A stretch of 64,000 nt of DNA from assembly GCF_006345805.1 (NCBI RefSeq), contig NC_042999.1:154380001-154444000 (forward strand), in the 5' to 3' direction. Each line of letters starts with the position of its first letter. Positions within the stretch are counted from its first letter, which is position 1. The notes under the pieces are model-generated. The model was not told the DNA's origin. It worked only from the letters and a program-made list of their open reading frames with translations, and did no database searches. The stretch comes from Octopus sinensis. Taxonomy: Eukaryota. This document shows, piece by piece, positions 61,737 to 64,000 of this stretch. Position numbers and translations under genes: made by a program.

Positions 61737-61984
61737 AACACAATAATGTAAAGAGCACTGCTAACACAGTAGGACGTGGTACTGACTTATAAAAACATTC
61801 AGTATACCTTATAATATATTATGGTGGCATGACGAAATGCTACGTACCTACAAGTCATTAATCTGAAGTTAAATCACGCCGAAGATTAAACAAAGTACCA
61901 GCCAAGTAATGGGATCAATAATATCGACTGACTTTTTTCCTCTAAGTATTTCAGCTCTGGTACCTATGTTACAAATTATTCTTT

Positions 61985-62350
61985 TCTACTCTAGGCACAA
62001 GGCCCGAAATTTTGGGGGGAGAGGGCCAGTCGCTTGAATCGACCCCAGTACGCAACTGATACTTAATTTATCGACCCCGAAAGGATAAAAGGCAAAGTCG
62101 ACCTCGGTGGAATTCGAACTTAGTACGTAAAGACAGACGAAATACCTATTTCTATTTCTTTGCTATCCACAAGGGGCTAAACACAGAGGAGACAAACAAG
62201 GACAGACAAACAGATTAAGTCGATTACATCCACCCCAGCGCGTAACTGGTACTTAATTTATCGACTCCGAAAGGATGAAAGGCAAAGTCGACCTCGGCGG
62301 AATTTGAACTCAGAACGTAGCGGCAGACGAAATACCGCTGAGCATTTCGC
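61985..62350 (-). mobile_element. SINE S1 dimer
   Basis: Reverse complement of two S1 body units plus the AGGCACAAGGCCCGAAATTT tail. Confidence 0.9.
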
Positions 62351-62878
62351 AAATCCTATGTTAAAAAAAATTATTGTATCAGAACAAATAATCTAGATAT
62401 ATCATTTTATATTATTTTCTAGAGCTGAATCGAACTGAGCCCACCATCATTGAAATCATTGATTCTAGTTTAAAATGTTTTATTTCTTTCTTTAGAGTTG
62501 AATTTCAACAAATATTTCGCTTCAAACCAAAGACTGAAGAAGCCAAATAAGATTAAAACATTTTGGATTATATCATAGAACTCTAATAAACAACAGCTAA
62601 AGGGTACAAATAACGCGAACCAGCGATTTATAACACACGCGTATGCGCGCGCCCACAGTGCAACTTGAAATAATTTCGTCAACAATGAAGTAAATTTAAC
62701 AAAATTCTTCTCACAAAAACTACTAGCTGCTCTGAAATATTTTTTCTTCGGAACTTGAATATAAAGAATAAAGAAAAATAAACAGAAAGGAAATGTAAAA
62801 TTTTACAATATCTTTGGTATATCCAGTTAACATTTTTCGTAAGAATTAAATTAACGTAAAAATTTGTTGTTCTGCACA

Positions 62879-63080
62879 TCTATATATATAAAACTCAACT
62901 TGTGTGTCTGTGTATGTATCTGTGCGTGTGTCTGTGTGTTTAACTTCCCGGCACATCTCCTCCTAGCCAACAAATCGTAGACCACCAAAAATGGGTCACT
63001 TAAAGTTTAGGCGAATGAAAATTGAACTGCGCTACTTCTGTTCCGAAATTTATCTCGCAAGTGCAAAAATCAATAATGTG
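62879..63080 (+). mobile_element. Possible Helitron-like 5' end
   Basis: A|TCTATATATATAAAACTCAACTTGTGTGTCTGTG, the same layout as 25249; no 3' end found. Confidence 0.35.
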
Positions 63081-63140
63081 TTTGTTTAGGCCTTATCCCA
63101 TGCATACATACATACATTCATACACACACGCACACACACA

Positions 63141-63189
<49 letters not shown>

Positions 63190-63214
63190 ATATATTATAT
63201 ATATATATATATTA

Positions 63215-63226
63215 TATATATATATT

Positions 63227-63285
<59 letters not shown>

Positions 63286-64000
63286 AGATAGTTAGATTGA
63301 TCGTAGAGGTATGTTTGGGTGTGGTGTGTTTGTGTGTGTTGTGTCTGTGTCTGTTTGTTCCCCCCAACATCGCTTGACAACCGATGCTGGTGTGTTTAGG
63401 TCTCAGTAACTTAGCGTTCGGCAAAAGAGACCATAGAATAAGTCCTAGGTTTGCAAAGAATAAGTCCTGGGGTCGCTTTGCTCGACTAAAGGCGGTGCTC
63501 CAGCATGGCTGCAGTCAATGACTGAAACAAGTAAAGAGGTAAAAGAGTAAAAAAAAAAAAGATGATGCCGAAAATGCCTATGGTTTTTATACTTCCAAGG
63601 GCGATATATAATAATATCAATCCAGTTCTGGGATCATTGTAATTGACAAGTCCCTTCTTAAAAGCTGCTGGTATTGTGTCTAAAATAAAAATATAAAGGC
63701 AGCAAGCTGGCAAATTCGTTAGAGCGTCGGAAAAAGCTGTTTGCGATATTTGTTCCGACTCTACATATCTGAATTTAATTAGGTTATTTCCACAGAAATT
63801 AAGCCAGCACTAATTCTTTTTACTACAACGTTCGTATCGAGACATCAGATGTAAACAAAAAATGAGATCAAAGACAATCCACCCCCACCCCATACCTACC
63901 CCCACCCCGAATATGACGTATACACTTATTACCCATTTTTGTCTTCAATCTCATAGCTTGTTTACATCTGACGTCTCGATACGAAACGTAGCAAAGATCA
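63215..64000 (+). other. Near-identical duplicate of ~60915-61704
   Basis: Offset 2308 bp at the S2 tail; the differences are mostly 1-bp deletions. Confidence 0.92.

Overview
This is AT-rich, microsatellite-saturated eukaryotic genomic DNA with one 100-N gap (29125-29224). The repeat landscape looks like an octopus (coleoid cephalopod) genome; that is an inference from the SINE types and microsatellite load, not a database match. I found no convincing host protein-coding gene, rRNA, true tRNA or CRISPR array, so the window reads as intergenic or deep-intronic transposon debris. Contents: (i) dozens of copies of about five tRNA-derived SINE families (my labels: S1, S2, S3, C1, C2); (ii) decayed RLE-endonuclease LINEs of the R4/Dong type, several embedded in (TAA)n or (TACA)n microsatellites; (iii) CR1/L2-type 3' ends; (iv) a full-length dead mariner, three fold-back mariner derivatives, and Tigger-, hAT- and Helitron-like non-autonomous elements; (v) a Penelope-like GIY-YIG endonuclease ORF. 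The most interesting signal is a set of at least nine hammerhead-ribozyme (HHR)-like motifs from several unrelated sequence families, plus one truncated and one strongly degenerate motif. Many lie inside long inverted repeats. Examples: a canonical CUGAUGA...GAAA...GUA type I hammerhead in both arms of a perfect 138-bp inverted repeat (9955-10571); palindromes whose fold-back point falls in or beside the ribozyme core (8207, 30186, 37524); and a motif directly downstream of the GIY-YIG ORF. Five copies carry a recurrent C at core position 4 (CCGAnGA or a decayed form). All structures were paired by eye and no activity has been tested. The last ~800 bp look like an error-rich duplicate of 60.9-61.7 kb, probably an assembly artefact. 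Almost all ORFs in the supplied track are microsatellite or SINE read-throughs.
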